From: Escherichia phage vB_EcoM_ESCO10
Direction: 5' to 3' (one strand)
DNA: 64,000 nucleotides
Sequence record: OM386655.1
Translations under genes and position numbers: made by a program
Shown here: one piece after another, positions 1 to 9,104 of the stretch
Layout of the letters: each line of letters opens with the position of its first letter
Numbering within the stretch: position 1 is the stretch's first letter
Notes under the pieces: generated by a model
What the model was told of the DNA's origin: nothing
What the model saw: only the letters and a program-made list of their open reading frames with translations
The model's database searches: none

Positions 1-202
1 TTTGGCCTGATGAATCACGTACATGGAATTCGAGTTCATAGACTTTCATTATGATTTCCTCTATTTTTAAGTTTGCCTACTAAAGGGCCATCCGGAATTT
101 TATTTTCCTGGATGTATTTCTCGTTTTCTTCCATCATTTTACTACCAATTTTAAGAAGCAAATCCAGCGCCTCTTTAGCATGTGCTTCAGCTTCTTCAGT
201 AG

Positions 203-406
203 TCATGATTTATCCCCATAGATATCACGCATTAACTTCAAGGTAGAACGTTCAATACGTTTTTCACGTTCAGCCTGGATACCATTAGCAGCCCATTCTT
301 CAGCTTCGTTCTGCATTTCTTTGTTTACTTGGTCAACCCAACCATCGTCGATATACATACCACTCGGTCGGTCCAACCAATCTTTAAGCCATGATAAAGG
401 TTTCAT
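203..406 (-). CDS. hypothetical small protein (67 aa)
   Basis: ORF in the minus-strand gene run; stop overlaps the start of a further small downstream ORF; no recognisable motif. Confidence 0.4.
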   Translation of the reverse strand: MKPLSWLKDWLDRPSGMYIDDGWVDQVNKEMQNEAEEWAANGIQAEREKRIERSTLKLMRDIYGDKS

Positions 407-747
407 TAATCACACGAGCCTGACGAAGAGTCACAGCTTCCTGAATCGTAAGAGGAATAAGACGAATCACCGGTCCATGAACTAGCGACAACTGCCGTAG
501 TCACGATGGTAGAAGTATCCAAATCACTTCGACTCCGCCGTTCATCTAAACGCATCCGTTCTAGACGCTCTTTTAATTTTTCTGAATTCAATGGAAGAGC
601 ATCAGGCCCACGAACCCAGTCAGTAGGACGAATAACTTCTTCCATCGTACCGTCGCCCATGTAGACGTATTCCTTTTTAGGCTTGTTGATAGGAACCATA
701 CCTTGACCTGGGGTGGAAGCAAATAACTCTTTGAGCCACTTAAACAT
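406..747 (-). CDS. hypothetical protein (113 aa)
   Basis: ORF contiguous with neighbours; Ser-rich C-terminus; function unknown. Confidence 0.45.
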   Translation of the reverse strand: MFKWLKELFASTPGQGMVPINKPKKEYVYMGDGTMEEVIRPTDWVRGPDALPLNSEKLKERLERMRLDERRSRSDLDTSTIVTTAVVASSWTGDSSYSSYDSGSCDSSSGSCD

Positions 748-965
748 TATAAGAACCCTCTTACAAATGCAACTTTAAGATGTGGTTCGTCTTCGAAATC
801 ACTACGGATTTCAGCATTAAACTCAACAGAACCGTCAGCATGCATCATGAACGAATGCACAACAACTTCAGCATACCATAGTTGAAGATTGTATTTCTGT
901 ATAACCTGACGAGCAATAACTTCATCTAGACCTTTATTAGGTTTAATCCAACGATTTAACATCAT
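747..965 (-). CDS. hypothetical protein (72 aa)
   Basis: ORF abutting the next gene; function unknown. Confidence 0.45.
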   Translation of the reverse strand: MMLNRWIKPNKGLDEVIARQVIQKYNLQLWYAEVVVHSFMMHADGSVEFNAEIRSDFEDEPHLKVAFVRGFL

Positions 966-1034
966 GTTCTCCTCTATAAGATAAAGCTATCTTAACATGG
1001 TCTACTAAGAAAGTAAACCAATAAAACGAAAAAA

Positions 1035-1052
1035 GGAATCCCGAAGGATTCC
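1035..1052 (-). terminator. intrinsic terminator hairpin (GGAAUCC-UUCG-GGAUUCC followed by U-run) downstream of soc
   Basis: perfect 7-bp inverted repeat with UUCG tetraloop on the minus-strand transcript, followed by T-run. Confidence 0.6.
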
Positions 1053-1058
1053 TAATAA

Positions 1059-1292
1059 TTAAACAATATCAGTAGGCGTAAACATTGCCTCGTTTTTGGT
1101 CTTCCAGTCAGCAGCATCAGTCACTACAGTTGAGTAGGCCGCTACCGCCGAAGGGAAAGTCTGATAATGAGCATTGGCAATACGATGTGCATTAGAATAG
1201 ATTTCAAACGGAACAGAAACCTCGGTACCTTTAACTTCTTTACCTACACCAGCTGCATGCGTGAAGGTTTTAATATTAACGAAACCACCCAT
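1059..1292 (-). CDS. soc: small outer capsid protein Soc
   Basis: 77 aa; GxVNIKTF...AHYQTFPS...AAYSTV matches T4 Soc from memory; RBS AGGAG upstream. Confidence 0.85.
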   Translation of the reverse strand: MGGFVNIKTFTHAAGVGKEVKGTEVSVPFEIYSNAHRIANAHYQTFPSAVAAYSTVVTDAADWKTKNEAMFTPTDIV

Positions 1293-1323
1293 AATTAACT
1301 CCTTTGTTGTTTAATTACAGGTG

Positions 1324-1331
1324 TATTTATA
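1324..1331 (-). promoter_or_regulatory. T4-type late promoter box TATAAATA upstream of soc
   Basis: plus-strand tatttata = TATAAATA on minus strand, about 30 bp upstream of the soc ATG. Confidence 0.55.
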
Positions 1332-1334
1332 TCA

Positions 1335-1856
1335 TTAATAACCTCGGTCCTGACGAGCAAAGTTCTCAGCATTTTTCAGATAATACAGTTTAAAGATTTC
1401 TTCAGCAGTCAGACCAAGGCCTTGGAACATATTCAGAACGAAATGGAGAATATCAATCATTTCAAATTTAATTTCGAGCTGGTCTTCAGGAGACAAATCG
1501 TTAATCAAGGTTTCACGACGTTCAGCATGTTGAGCTTTCCAAGGCTTCCATACTGCTGATGCATCTTTTTCACCATTGCTCATACCACCAAGAGAAGTCA
1601 GAAGTTCACGGAATTCATCATCAATATAATCTTTCTGATTACGCAGCCAATCAACAACTTCACCTGCAGTAGCCAAATCATCAGGGTGTCGGTTATATTC
1701 AGGTTTATCTTTAGCCAAACGGACCTGTAAAGATTTCTGCATATCAAGCATAACCTGCAATGGGTCTTTATCTTCGTGAATCAAGGCATTAAAATAAGCT
1801 TCCTCAGCTTTATCAACGCCAGCAATCAAACCACTACACTCATTAAAATGTGCCAT
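1335..1856 (-). CDS. 56: dCTPase/dUTPase (dCTP pyrophosphatase, gp56)
   Basis: 173 aa; strong similarity to T4 gp56 from memory; partner of gene 42 in hmC DNA synthesis. Confidence 0.85.
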   Translation of the reverse strand: MAHFNECSGLIAGVDKAEEAYFNALIHEDKDPLQVMLDMQKSLQVRLAKDKPEYNRHPDDLATAGEVVDWLRNQKDYIDDEFRELLTSLGGMSNGEKDASAVWKPWKAQHAERRETLINDLSPEDQLEIKFEMIDILHFVLNMFQGLGLTAEEIFKLYYLKNAENFARQDRGY

Positions 1857-1860
1857 TATA

Positions 1861-2517
1861 TTATTTCCTATTAAAGTTTTCTATCATTCGTCGATAACAA
1901 ATATCAGGATATCCATTATCGACAGCTATTTTATTAAATTTGGTGCGTTTAGGTTTATTATTATAAACCCATAATTCATAAAGCGCATCATAACTATCCC
2001 ATATTTCTCCTCGCCTAGGATTTGGTAAACCGTATCGAGGTGAATTTTTACCGCTAAATCTTCCTTTTCGAGCTTTACTCATATTAGCCTTGGCTTCATC
2101 GGATATAATTTTATCTTTATGAGCTAGACGCATTTTGGCTTTAGTTTCTTCTGGGGTCTTTTTGCCTTTAATCCATGACGGCTTGCCATATCTAGGATTA
2201 TTTTCACCTGTAACTAATAGTGAATTATTTTCCCTTAATGATGCTATAGTTCTGCTAGTTAATTTAACTCCTTTATTATATCTCATTAAATTAACGGCAT
2301 GATGCAGACCTTTTACTTCAGGATACATTTTTGTTAAAAGCCTATGGGCTATAAAGTGCTCTCTTGGTAATAAAGCCACTAAATTATTTTTATCATCGGA
2401 ACCATTCATACATTTGGGTACAATATGGTGTTCTTCTGTATAATATGGTAAGGACCGCTTGGTACCTCTTAATTTTCCATTAGATATTAATTCATTGTAT
2501 ATTTTTTCATAGTTCAT
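1861..2517 (-). mobile_element. HNH homing endonuclease (mob/I-Tev-like) with NUMOD3-type repeats
   Basis: 218 aa; HNH motif EEHHIVPK...NLVALLPREHFIAH; repeated NPRYGKP / NSPRYG motifs; visibly AT-rich; sits between genes 56 and 61. Confidence 0.8.
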
Positions 2518-2773
2518 GGGATAATTATAAACTGTTTAGATTAAAGCGAATAAATATTAATTTAACAGGAGGATAACATGGGCAGTATTTTTTATCAAAT
2601 CTGGAAATTGGCCGAAAAGAAGACAAGAAAATGATGTTAGGTTTTCTTGCGCTAGACGTATTCCTTTGGAATCTTTTAGTAGTCCCTGTAGCCGCTAGCC
2701 AAGGTGTAGTTTTACCAGCGGTTACAATGGAGCACGTGTTAAGCATAATTGGATTCTTTAGCGGAATTCCTGC

Positions 2774-3802
2774 CTAAATCTTGGAATATTTTGAAAGTCG
2801 CATTTTTGCCATTAAACCTTGTGCGATATTCTCTTTCATATAAGAAAGGATATCGTTTATATTGGCTTTATCTTTCATAACCATATCATTTATATCTTTA
2901 GAAGGCCATGGAGCCTTGTCCCAGAACAGAACCCTTTCACCGGCATCAACTAGTCGTTGCATACGCTTAATTGTGTCAGGATGACGGGGTTCATTGTCCA
3001 TTACCCATGCTCTTGTTTCTTTACATGGAACTATTGATAAGTCTAACGACCCACCAGTAATTGCTATTGCATTAGGTACAAATAATGAATCGATAGGGCC
3101 TTCCATTACCCACACCAACTGACGTTCGTCAACCGTGTCCATTCCATATATTTTTGTAGCTTGGTCGTGAGCTTTAATTGTAATATATTTTTGTGGGGCA
3201 TCTTTACGTAAAGCTCGACCCTGAAAGCTTTCAATTTGTTTATCTTTATTAAAAATAGGAATAACCAAACGAGGCTCAGGTATTTCTTTAGAATAGGTCC
3301 CGGGATTCACTGAGTTAACCAGCGCCGGCCACTCTTTCGTAAACCATAGTCTATTCCATTTGTTTTCGGGAATGCATCGCAGAGTTACATATTTGATAAT
3401 AGGATGGTCTTTAGGCATTCTATCTAATCGTTCACAGAAATTAAGCTTTTCGATGACAGGCATCTTAGCTTTAATTTTTTCAGATATCTCCACCTTAGGT
3501 GTAGCTTGTCTCCCGAACGATTGCTCTTTATGTTTCTCAAGAATATATTCTCGATATAAATCTGGCTCATATTCGTATAGATACTTCTTAATTCCTGCTG
3601 AATAGTCACAATTAAAACAATGCAACATAATAGAACCATCGTTAGCCGGGTAAGCCCAAAATCGAGCTTTGTTCTCATCTTTTTGTGAGTCACCACATAC
3701 ACGACAACGACAGTTTAATTTAAAATCACTACCGGTTACTTGTCTGAATTTAGGTTGGTAATTCAAGGCACGTACAGCAAATTCTTTATCGACATATGAC
3801 AT
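2774..3802 (-). CDS. 61: DNA primase gp61
   Basis: 342 aa; zinc-binding CRCRVCGD...CFNC N-terminus and length match T4 gp61. Confidence 0.9.
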   Translation of the reverse strand: MSYVDKEFAVRALNYQPKFRQVTGSDFKLNCRCRVCGDSQKDENKARFWAYPANDGSIMLHCFNCDYSAGIKKYLYEYEPDLYREYILEKHKEQSFGRQATPKVEISEKIKAKMPVIEKLNFCERLDRMPKDHPIIKYVTLRCIPENKWNRLWFTKEWPALVNSVNPGTYSKEIPEPRLVIPIFNKDKQIESFQGRALRKDAPQKYITIKAHDQATKIYGMDTVDERQLVWVMEGPIDSLFVPNAIAITGGSLDLSIVPCKETRAWVMDNEPRHPDTIKRMQRLVDAGERVLFWDKAPWPSKDINDMVMKDKANINDILSYMKENIAQGLMAKMRLSKYSKI

Positions 3803-4018
3803 TATTTTTCCTTGGGCTCTAAATTAATAGAGCCATTATATCATTCGTTTTTGGATTTTTCTTTACGCTTTTTAGATGGGATTTGTTCAGGCCCTTTGTT
3901 GACGACTGCGCCTGAGGTAGTTCCGGAGGCAATATTAGATGGATTTCCACCCGCATCACCTGCGACCATATCTTCGTTCATGAACTCTTTATACGTTTTC
4001 ATAGGCTCCTGGCCTTAT

Positions 4019-4210
4019 TTATATTACAAAGATTGCTTTGTCACCATTTGCATCAGTGACTTCATAAGTATCTTCGTGGTACAGTGGGATAATCCAAGTT
4101 ACACCATCACCGGCGATAACATGGATAGCTTCTTGGTCTTGTGACACGATTTCATATTCTTCGAACAGTTCGAATACAGAAATATTAGAGCCCGTACACA
4201 TTGCACTCAT
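4019..4210 (-). CDS. hypothetical small acidic protein (63 aa)
   Basis: ORF in the gene 61-41 accessory block. Confidence 0.4.
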   Translation of the reverse strand: MSAMCTGSNISVFELFEEYEIVSQDQEAIHVIAGDGVTWIIPLYHEDTYEVTDANGDKAIFVI

Positions 4211-4406
4211 ATTGTTCCCTTCTTTTAATCAGTTGACGATGCGCCTTTTTAAGCTTACGAATCTGTCTTTTAGTAGGACGTGCAACGTAAGCTTGTGTAG
4301 TTACTCGTCCGAAAACTCCATACTTTGGAGACGGAGTATCAATGAAGACTTCCCATTGACAAGAGTAGCTATATATTGCTTTAGAAAATTGGGTTAAGAC
4401 AAACAT
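4185..4406 (-). CDS. hypothetical small basic protein (73 aa)
   Basis: ORF; Lys/Arg-rich C-terminus. Confidence 0.4.
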   Translation of the reverse strand: MFVLTQFSKAIYSYSCQWEVFIDTPSPKYGVFGRVTTQAYVARPTKRQIRKLKKAHRQLIKRREQYECNVYGL

Positions 4407-4407
4407 A

Positions 4408-4854
4408 TTAACCTCGATTCATGAAGGCGTTAAAAATCTGGTCGTCAATTGAATAAACCGGAGCTTCAAGAATTTTCAAAAGACTGTTTTTGATGTACTT
4501 GCTAGGGATACCCATATTAACGACCTCGTTATTCAATTCATTGTTTGGATTGATGTCTTTAAATTCAAACCCTTCAAACTCAACCTTGTCAGGAATACCA
4601 TCAGCGAAAAAATAAACCAATTGATGTATTGTATTGTACGAAAATAATTTAGACCTCACTGCAATAAGTTCTTGCCAGTGGTTTAATTCTCTATTAAGAA
4701 GTTTATGGGCAAATACAATCCTATCATCGCTATCAACAATAAAATAACCCAGGTATTGATGGTCGTCGCTCCAATACATCCTGTAGGCCTGTGCATTTGG
4801 ATTTTTACAACGAAGCTTTTTAATAACCAAAGTTCTGTTAATCATTTTATTCAC
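4408..4854 (-). CDS. hypothetical protein (148 aa)
   Basis: ORF abutting spackle. Confidence 0.5.
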   Translation of the reverse strand: MNKMINRTLVIKKLRCKNPNAQAYRMYWSDDHQYLGYFIVDSDDRIVFAHKLLNRELNHWQELIAVRSKLFSYNTIHQLVYFFADGIPDKVEFEGFEFKDINPNNELNNEVVNMGIPSKYIKNSLLKILEAPVYSIDDQIFNAFMNRG

Positions 4855-5140
4855 CTGTCACCTCTTTAACAATATTTTTGTTATCGAAATTGGCATCACA
4901 GTACAGAACATAGTTATACTGCATAACACCACCGGATGCCAATTGGTCGGATACTTCTTTAACCATATCAGGACGGTCGCGTTTAGTGATATTCATGATA
5001 TCAGCGTAAATCTGATGTTCAACTGATTCTTGGTCTGCAGTCATTGACCATTCACAAAGGTCTTTATCCATTCCAGCCGTAACTGGAGCTGTACCACATG
5101 ATGCTACTGTAAGGATTGCTGCGATTAATAACTTTTTCAT
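4847..5140 (-). CDS. sp: Spackle periplasmic protein (lysozyme inhibitor / superinfection exclusion)
   Basis: 97 aa; lipoprotein-like signal; DKDLCEWSMTADQ...GGVMQYNYVLYCD matches T4 Sp from memory; RBS GAGGAG. Confidence 0.85.
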   Translation of the reverse strand: MKKLLIAAILTVASCGTAPVTAGMDKDLCEWSMTADQESVEHQIYADIMNITKRDRPDMVKEVSDQLASGGVMQYNYVLYCDANFDNKNIVKEVTGE

Positions 5141-5152
5141 TTTTAACTCCTC

Positions 5153-5198
5153 GTTAGTTGATAGGTCTATAGTATCTCAACCATAGACCGTTGTAAAC
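5153..5198 (-). promoter_or_regulatory. T4-type early promoter (conserved ~45-bp element, -35 GTTTAC)
   Basis: member of a 13-copy repeat family; minus strand reads GTTTAC-spacer-ATACTATAGACCTATCAAC, directly upstream of sp. Confidence 0.55.
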
Positions 5199-5352
5199 AA
5201 CTATTTTTCGCCTTCGATAGAATAACCTGTTAATTTGTAATATTCTGATCGGGCTTCAACCAGGGCCAATTCAATATCACTAACACAAATGCCTTCTGGG
5301 TTTTTAAGTTGGGTTTCGACAACCAAAATAAGGTATTTTAAAATGTCTTCCA

Positions 5353-5493
5353 TTATTCCTCGCCTTCATGTTTATGAGCAAATTCTTCGTATTCACTGTC
5401 ACAGTCTAAACACGTGGCATTGTCCCAAGCATCAAATACCGCTTGGTCTTCACAAACAGAACAACCACATACTACACATTCAAATTCTTCCAT
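5353..5493 (-). CDS. small Cys-rich zinc-ribbon-like protein (~45 aa; absent from the ORF track)
   Basis: hand translation gives MEEFECVVCGCSVCEDQAVFDAWDNATCLDCDSEYEEFAHKHEGEE; start lies immediately after the dmd stop. Confidence 0.4.
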   Translation of the reverse strand: MEEFECVVCGCSVCEDQAVFDAWDNATCLDCDSEYEEFAHKHEGEE

Positions 5494-5697
5494 TTAGATT
5501 TCCTCTTTACGCCAATCAGATTCAAAAACTTTTACATCGTTGACAAAGGCTTTTACCAACGCTTTATTGATTTCAGCAAATTGCGAAGTAGCCCATTCAA
5601 TCATACTTTGGTCACTAACATCCAGCGCGGTTTCTTTGGTAAACATATTACCATTTTCAAACCAACCAATAAACACTACGTTCTCTAATTTGTACAT
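5494..5697 (-). CDS. dmd: Dmd (discriminator of mRNA degradation; antitoxin against RnlA/LsoA)
   Basis: 67 aa; VVFIGWFENGNMFTKE...WATSQFAEINKALVKAF matches T4 Dmd from memory. Confidence 0.8.
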   Translation of the reverse strand: MYKLENVVFIGWFENGNMFTKETALDVSDQSMIEWATSQFAEINKALVKAFVNDVKVFESDWRKEEI

Positions 5698-6015
5698 TTA
5701 GATTTCCTCACAGAACGCCCATTCAGCATGATATACTGTAGCGCCTTTAGTATCATTTAAACAAACCACATCTACCGGAGCAATTACACGATATAAACGA
5801 GGTTCTCCTCCCACTGAACGTGCTGCACGTCCAGCATAAATCTTAGCCAAACCGATATTTTCAGTAAAGAACACACGATTAAGGTTTTTCTTACGACCGG
5901 TTTCAGACAGAACTCCTGTTTCCTCAGGAGGACAAAGCATATTACTGATATTAGCAACACTACAACTTCCGTGATAATACACTTTATATTCTGCTTTACA
6001 GTCGATGGTTTTCAT
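5698..6015 (-). CDS. hypothetical protein (105 aa from ATG; track start is a TTG extension)
   Basis: ATG with RBS GGAGAA at 6013-6015; the track N-terminus MENK is translation of the conserved upstream leader. Confidence 0.5.
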   Translation of the reverse strand: MKTIDCKAEYKVYYHGSCSVANISNMLCPPEETGVLSETGRKKNLNRVFFTENIGLAKIYAGRAARSVGGEPRLYRVIAPVDVVCLNDTKGATVYHAEWAFCEEI

Positions 6016-6027
6016 TTTGTTCTCCAA

Positions 6028-6068
6028 GTTGATAGGTCTATAGTATCATGTTTATAGACGTTGTAAAC
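6028..6068 (-). promoter_or_regulatory. T4-type early promoter (repeat family member)
   Basis: GTTTAC ... ATACTATAGACCTATCAAC on minus strand. Confidence 0.55.
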
Positions 6069-6085
6069 CCCTAAAAACAAAAAAA

Positions 6086-6099
6086 GGAGCCGAAGCTCC
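6086..6099 (-). terminator. intrinsic terminator (GGAGC-UUCG-GCUCC + U-run) after gene 41
   Basis: inverted repeat with UUCG loop immediately after the gp41 stop, followed by T-run on minus strand. Confidence 0.6.
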
Positions 6100-7539
6100 T
6101 TAAAATTTGATAGATGCTGCTAAATCGTCCAAATCGCTTCTATTAACACGTGTCTGGCGATTGACCTCTGCTTGGCGATTCATTTCACCCGTAGCCTCAC
6201 GAACAGTATTCACTGGACCTGGATTGCTATCGTCTTCAACTTCATACCAACGTTGGTTACCTTTCTTAACACCAATCTTAAATTTGTTGTAGTAGCTCTT
6301 ATCACCATATCGAGATTTAAGCTGCTTAACCATCTGCATACCCATCTGAGCAAACTCTTCTGTCTCGACTACGCCTAACATAAAGTCAGCAGTATGAGCA
6401 ATACCAAAGGATTCAGCAATATCAGCCATGTCAATTTCGGCTGCAACGTTCGCACCACGAGTAGTCTGGGCTGCCGTCCACAACAACAATTTCTTCTCTA
6501 CTGCAAGACCGCGAAGTTCTTCTGCAACCATCTTAATTAAACCATAACTGTTTTCAGAGAAAACTTTAGTACGAGATGAAGCACAGATGGCCAAGTAGTC
6601 AACGATAACGACCTGCGGAACAAAGTTTTGTTTCAGTTTGTATTCGTTTAATAATGCACGGAATGTATCGGCATTAGCGCCGCCTGTAGGATACTGTTTA
6701 ATCTTTAAACGACCCAAAGTAGCAGTTGAACGCCACTTATCCATCTTAGCTTTATATTCAGGCCATGAGACATGTCCATCATCAATATCATCTAGTGATA
6801 CATCCAGAAGATTAGCATCGATACGCTTAGCGCATACTTCCTCAGCCATCTCCATGGAGATATAAAGAACATCGTAACCAGATTGAAGGTAATCAGCAGC
6901 CAATGAACATAGCCCAAGAGACTTACCTACGTTTGTTCCTGCCAACAATACGTTTTCAGTACCAAACTCTGCTCCACCCTTAGTAATCTTATTCAGAATA
7001 TTAAGACGGAATGGAATTTTACGGGCTTTGTCCGAATAACTTTTAAAACGTTCTTCATAGTCATCCATCCAATCGTGGCCTAACTCAGAATCGAAACAAA
7101 TCGATAATGCATCACGCATGATATCTGGGATAGCACCAATACCTGGGAGTTTTCTATTTTGTTGCTCAACCGGAAGGTCGGCATTAGTTTGAATTTCAAT
7201 GATTTTTGAAGTAGCATTATACATCGCTGCCTTCTGAACATATTTCTCTGTCTCTTTAACCAACCATTCTTGGTCTTCAGGGCCAGCGTTCAGTGAACTT
7301 AAAAGCTCTTTAGCTCCTTGGTGTTCGACTTCTGAAAGGGGGGTGTTATCTAATGCAATACTCAAAGCATTTTTAGAAGGCACCGCATTATATTCATTGA
7401 CGTGTTTTTTGATTTCTTTGAAAAGGGTCTTTGCTGGACCCTGGTCAAAATAAGAATCATTCATATAAGGCCAGACCTTAGTGAAATAATCACTATTGCC
7501 TAGCAGTTGAGCCAAAATAGTTTCTACCACTTCCACCAC
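6100..7539 (-). CDS. 41: replicative DNA helicase gp41 (DnaB-like)
   Basis: 479 aa; near-colinear with T4 gp41 from memory; Walker A GTNVGKS. Confidence 0.95.
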   Translation of the reverse strand: MVEVVETILAQLLGNSDYFTKVWPYMNDSYFDQGPAKTLFKEIKKHVNEYNAVPSKNALSIALDNTPLSEVEHQGAKELLSSLNAGPEDQEWLVKETEKYVQKAAMYNATSKIIEIQTNADLPVEQQNRKLPGIGAIPDIMRDALSICFDSELGHDWMDDYEERFKSYSDKARKIPFRLNILNKITKGGAEFGTENVLLAGTNVGKSLGLCSLAADYLQSGYDVLYISMEMAEEVCAKRIDANLLDVSLDDIDDGHVSWPEYKAKMDKWRSTATLGRLKIKQYPTGGANADTFRALLNEYKLKQNFVPQVVIVDYLAICASSRTKVFSENSYGLIKMVAEELRGLAVEKKLLLWTAAQTTRGANVAAEIDMADIAESFGIAHTADFMLGVVETEEFAQMGMQMVKQLKSRYGDKSYYNKFKIGVKKGNQRWYEVEDDSNPGPVNTVREATGEMNRQAEVNRQTRVNRSDLDDLAASIKF

Positions 7540-7859
7540 CTCTTAGATTTAATTTTATCCAGTTCTTCTTGTATTTGCATTGTAACACATTTTTCTACAT
7601 GAAGCGCTAGCTCTTCTTTTCGGTCTTCGGAAGGTGTTCCGAAATCAACCGACACTTTTCCATCTTTCTCAATAATAATATTCATCACATAAACGATGTG
7701 AGCAGTGCCATCGGGTAAAGTAAGCATAATTTCCTGCTTAACAGAACCCATTGACTTACGGATTATATCTAGTGATTTCTCATAATACAGAGGGTCACTA
7801 GGACCCTCTTCAGTATCTTTAACAAAATTATCTAAATCAGATAAATCAGTCATGGTCAC
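7524..7859 (-). CDS. 40: gp40-like head vertex assembly chaperone
   Basis: 111 aa; position between 41 and uvsX as in T4. Confidence 0.6.
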   Translation of the reverse strand: MTMTDLSDLDNFVKDTEEGPSDPLYYEKSLDIIRKSMGSVKQEIMLTLPDGTAHIVYVMNIIIEKDGKVSVDFGTPSEDRKEELALHVEKCVTMQIQEELDKIKSKRWWKW

Positions 7860-9027
7860 TCACAAAATTCATGTTTTCTAAATCGTTTTCGATATCAGCA
7901 GCGCTTTGAGCGTCACCATTCAATTTAACTGCAACGTTCTTAGAGACTCGAGAGTTAATAAGGTCGTTCACTGCATCGTCAACTTCTTTAATAGAATTAA
8001 TTGCACCAAGCTTATACTTATTCTCGATTGCGGTACGGAACGGAGCATGTTTAAACAGTGGTCCCCAGAACTCGACACAATCGGTAGCTTTAGCGCGCCA
8101 TGATTTTTCTTCTTGGACCATTTCACCTGTGGTTTCGTCAAGAAATGCACGATTATACCAACCGGCTTTAGGTTTGACAACAAAACCAATTTCAGTAGCC
8201 ATTTCGAGCAGACCACTAAACGGGTCGATACCGCCTTCAAAGTTCACGGTAATTGGGAACGTTGATTTCTCTTTAACCGTACGAGATTTCTCTGCTTTCA
8301 AGGTAAAGTCATAACCGGTGAGCTCAGTACCATCTTTAACTTGGCGCTTAGAAATAAAGAACACGGTAGAAGCAGAATACAGAATACCAGTACCACCACC
8401 CATAATCTCTTTAGGATACATTCCGCCGATTTCCATAGCCGTATGGTTAATTGCTACACAAGGAATGTCCTTGATAGTCAGATATGGGGTAACGATACGG
8501 AACAAGGATTTCAGAGACTTGGCACGAGTCATATCACCTACAACTTTCTCGTTCAAAGCATCTTCGGTTTCTTTCTTAGAAGCTGTGTTACCAATGGAGT
8601 CGATAAAGATAATAACCTTTTCGCCACGGGTAATTTCTTCTAATTGGTTAGTCATGTCAACCTTCAGTTGTTCGACTGACTGGATTGGTGTGTGGACCAC
8701 ACGTTCCAGGTCCACACCCATTGAACGGAAATAAGATTCTGAAGCACCAAACTCAGAGTCATAGAACAAACAAATTGCGTCTGGATATTTCTTCATATAT
8801 GCCGCGACCATAGTTAATCCAAACAGAGTTTTAAAGTGTTTAGATGGAGCAGCAAAGATTGTCAAACCTGATTGCAAGCCTGCATTCAACGCACCGCCTA
8901 ATGCAATATTAAGCATAGGAATACGAGTAGGAACTTCATCGCGCCCATTAAACAATTTAGATTTGGTCAGGTCGGCGGTCATTTTAGAAGTAGAAGCTTT
9001 AATCAAACGGGATTTTAAATCAGACAT
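7846..9027 (-). CDS. uvsX: UvsX recombinase (RecA-like)
   Basis: 393 aa; N-terminus MSDLKSRLIKASTSK and overall match to T4 UvsX. Confidence 0.95.
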   Translation of the reverse strand: MSDLKSRLIKASTSKMTADLTKSKLFNGRDEVPTRIPMLNIALGGALNAGLQSGLTIFAAPSKHFKTLFGLTMVAAYMKKYPDAICLFYDSEFGASESYFRSMGVDLERVVHTPIQSVEQLKVDMTNQLEEITRGEKVIIFIDSIGNTASKKETEDALNEKVVGDMTRAKSLKSLFRIVTPYLTIKDIPCVAINHTAMEIGGMYPKEIMGGGTGILYSASTVFFISKRQVKDGTELTGYDFTLKAEKSRTVKEKSTFPITVNFEGGIDPFSGLLEMATEIGFVVKPKAGWYNRAFLDETTGEMVQEEKSWRAKATDCVEFWGPLFKHAPFRTAIENKYKLGAINSIKEVDDAVNDLINSRVSKNVAVKLNGDAQSAADIENDLENMNFVSDHD

Positions 9028-9104
9028 TATATTTTTCCATAGGCATCATTATATTTTACTCACGTTTTAAGATAGGGTAATTATATCACTTCACAATTAC
9101 AGCA

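Noticed and set aside
2525-2746. 73-aa minus-strand ORF between the HNH endonuclease and gene 61
   Set aside because: No RBS, atypical composition, and it fills an interval more likely to be non-coding or an insertion remnant.
3360-3702. Overlapping ORFs of 81 aa (plus) and 92 aa (minus) inside primase gene 61
   Set aside because: Alternative frames within a confidently identified gene.
5698-6027. N-terminal MENKMK-type extensions on several track ORFs (5698..6027, 48707..48997, 54159..54476, 56986..57183, 57241..57477)
   Set aside because: These arise from TTG/GTG alternative starts inside the conserved promoter leader; the ATG preceded by GGAGAA a few codons downstream is the likely start.
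8318-8734. Plus-strand ORFs of 100-138 aa inside uvsX
   Set aside because: They lie entirely within the well-supported uvsX coding region on the opposite strand.
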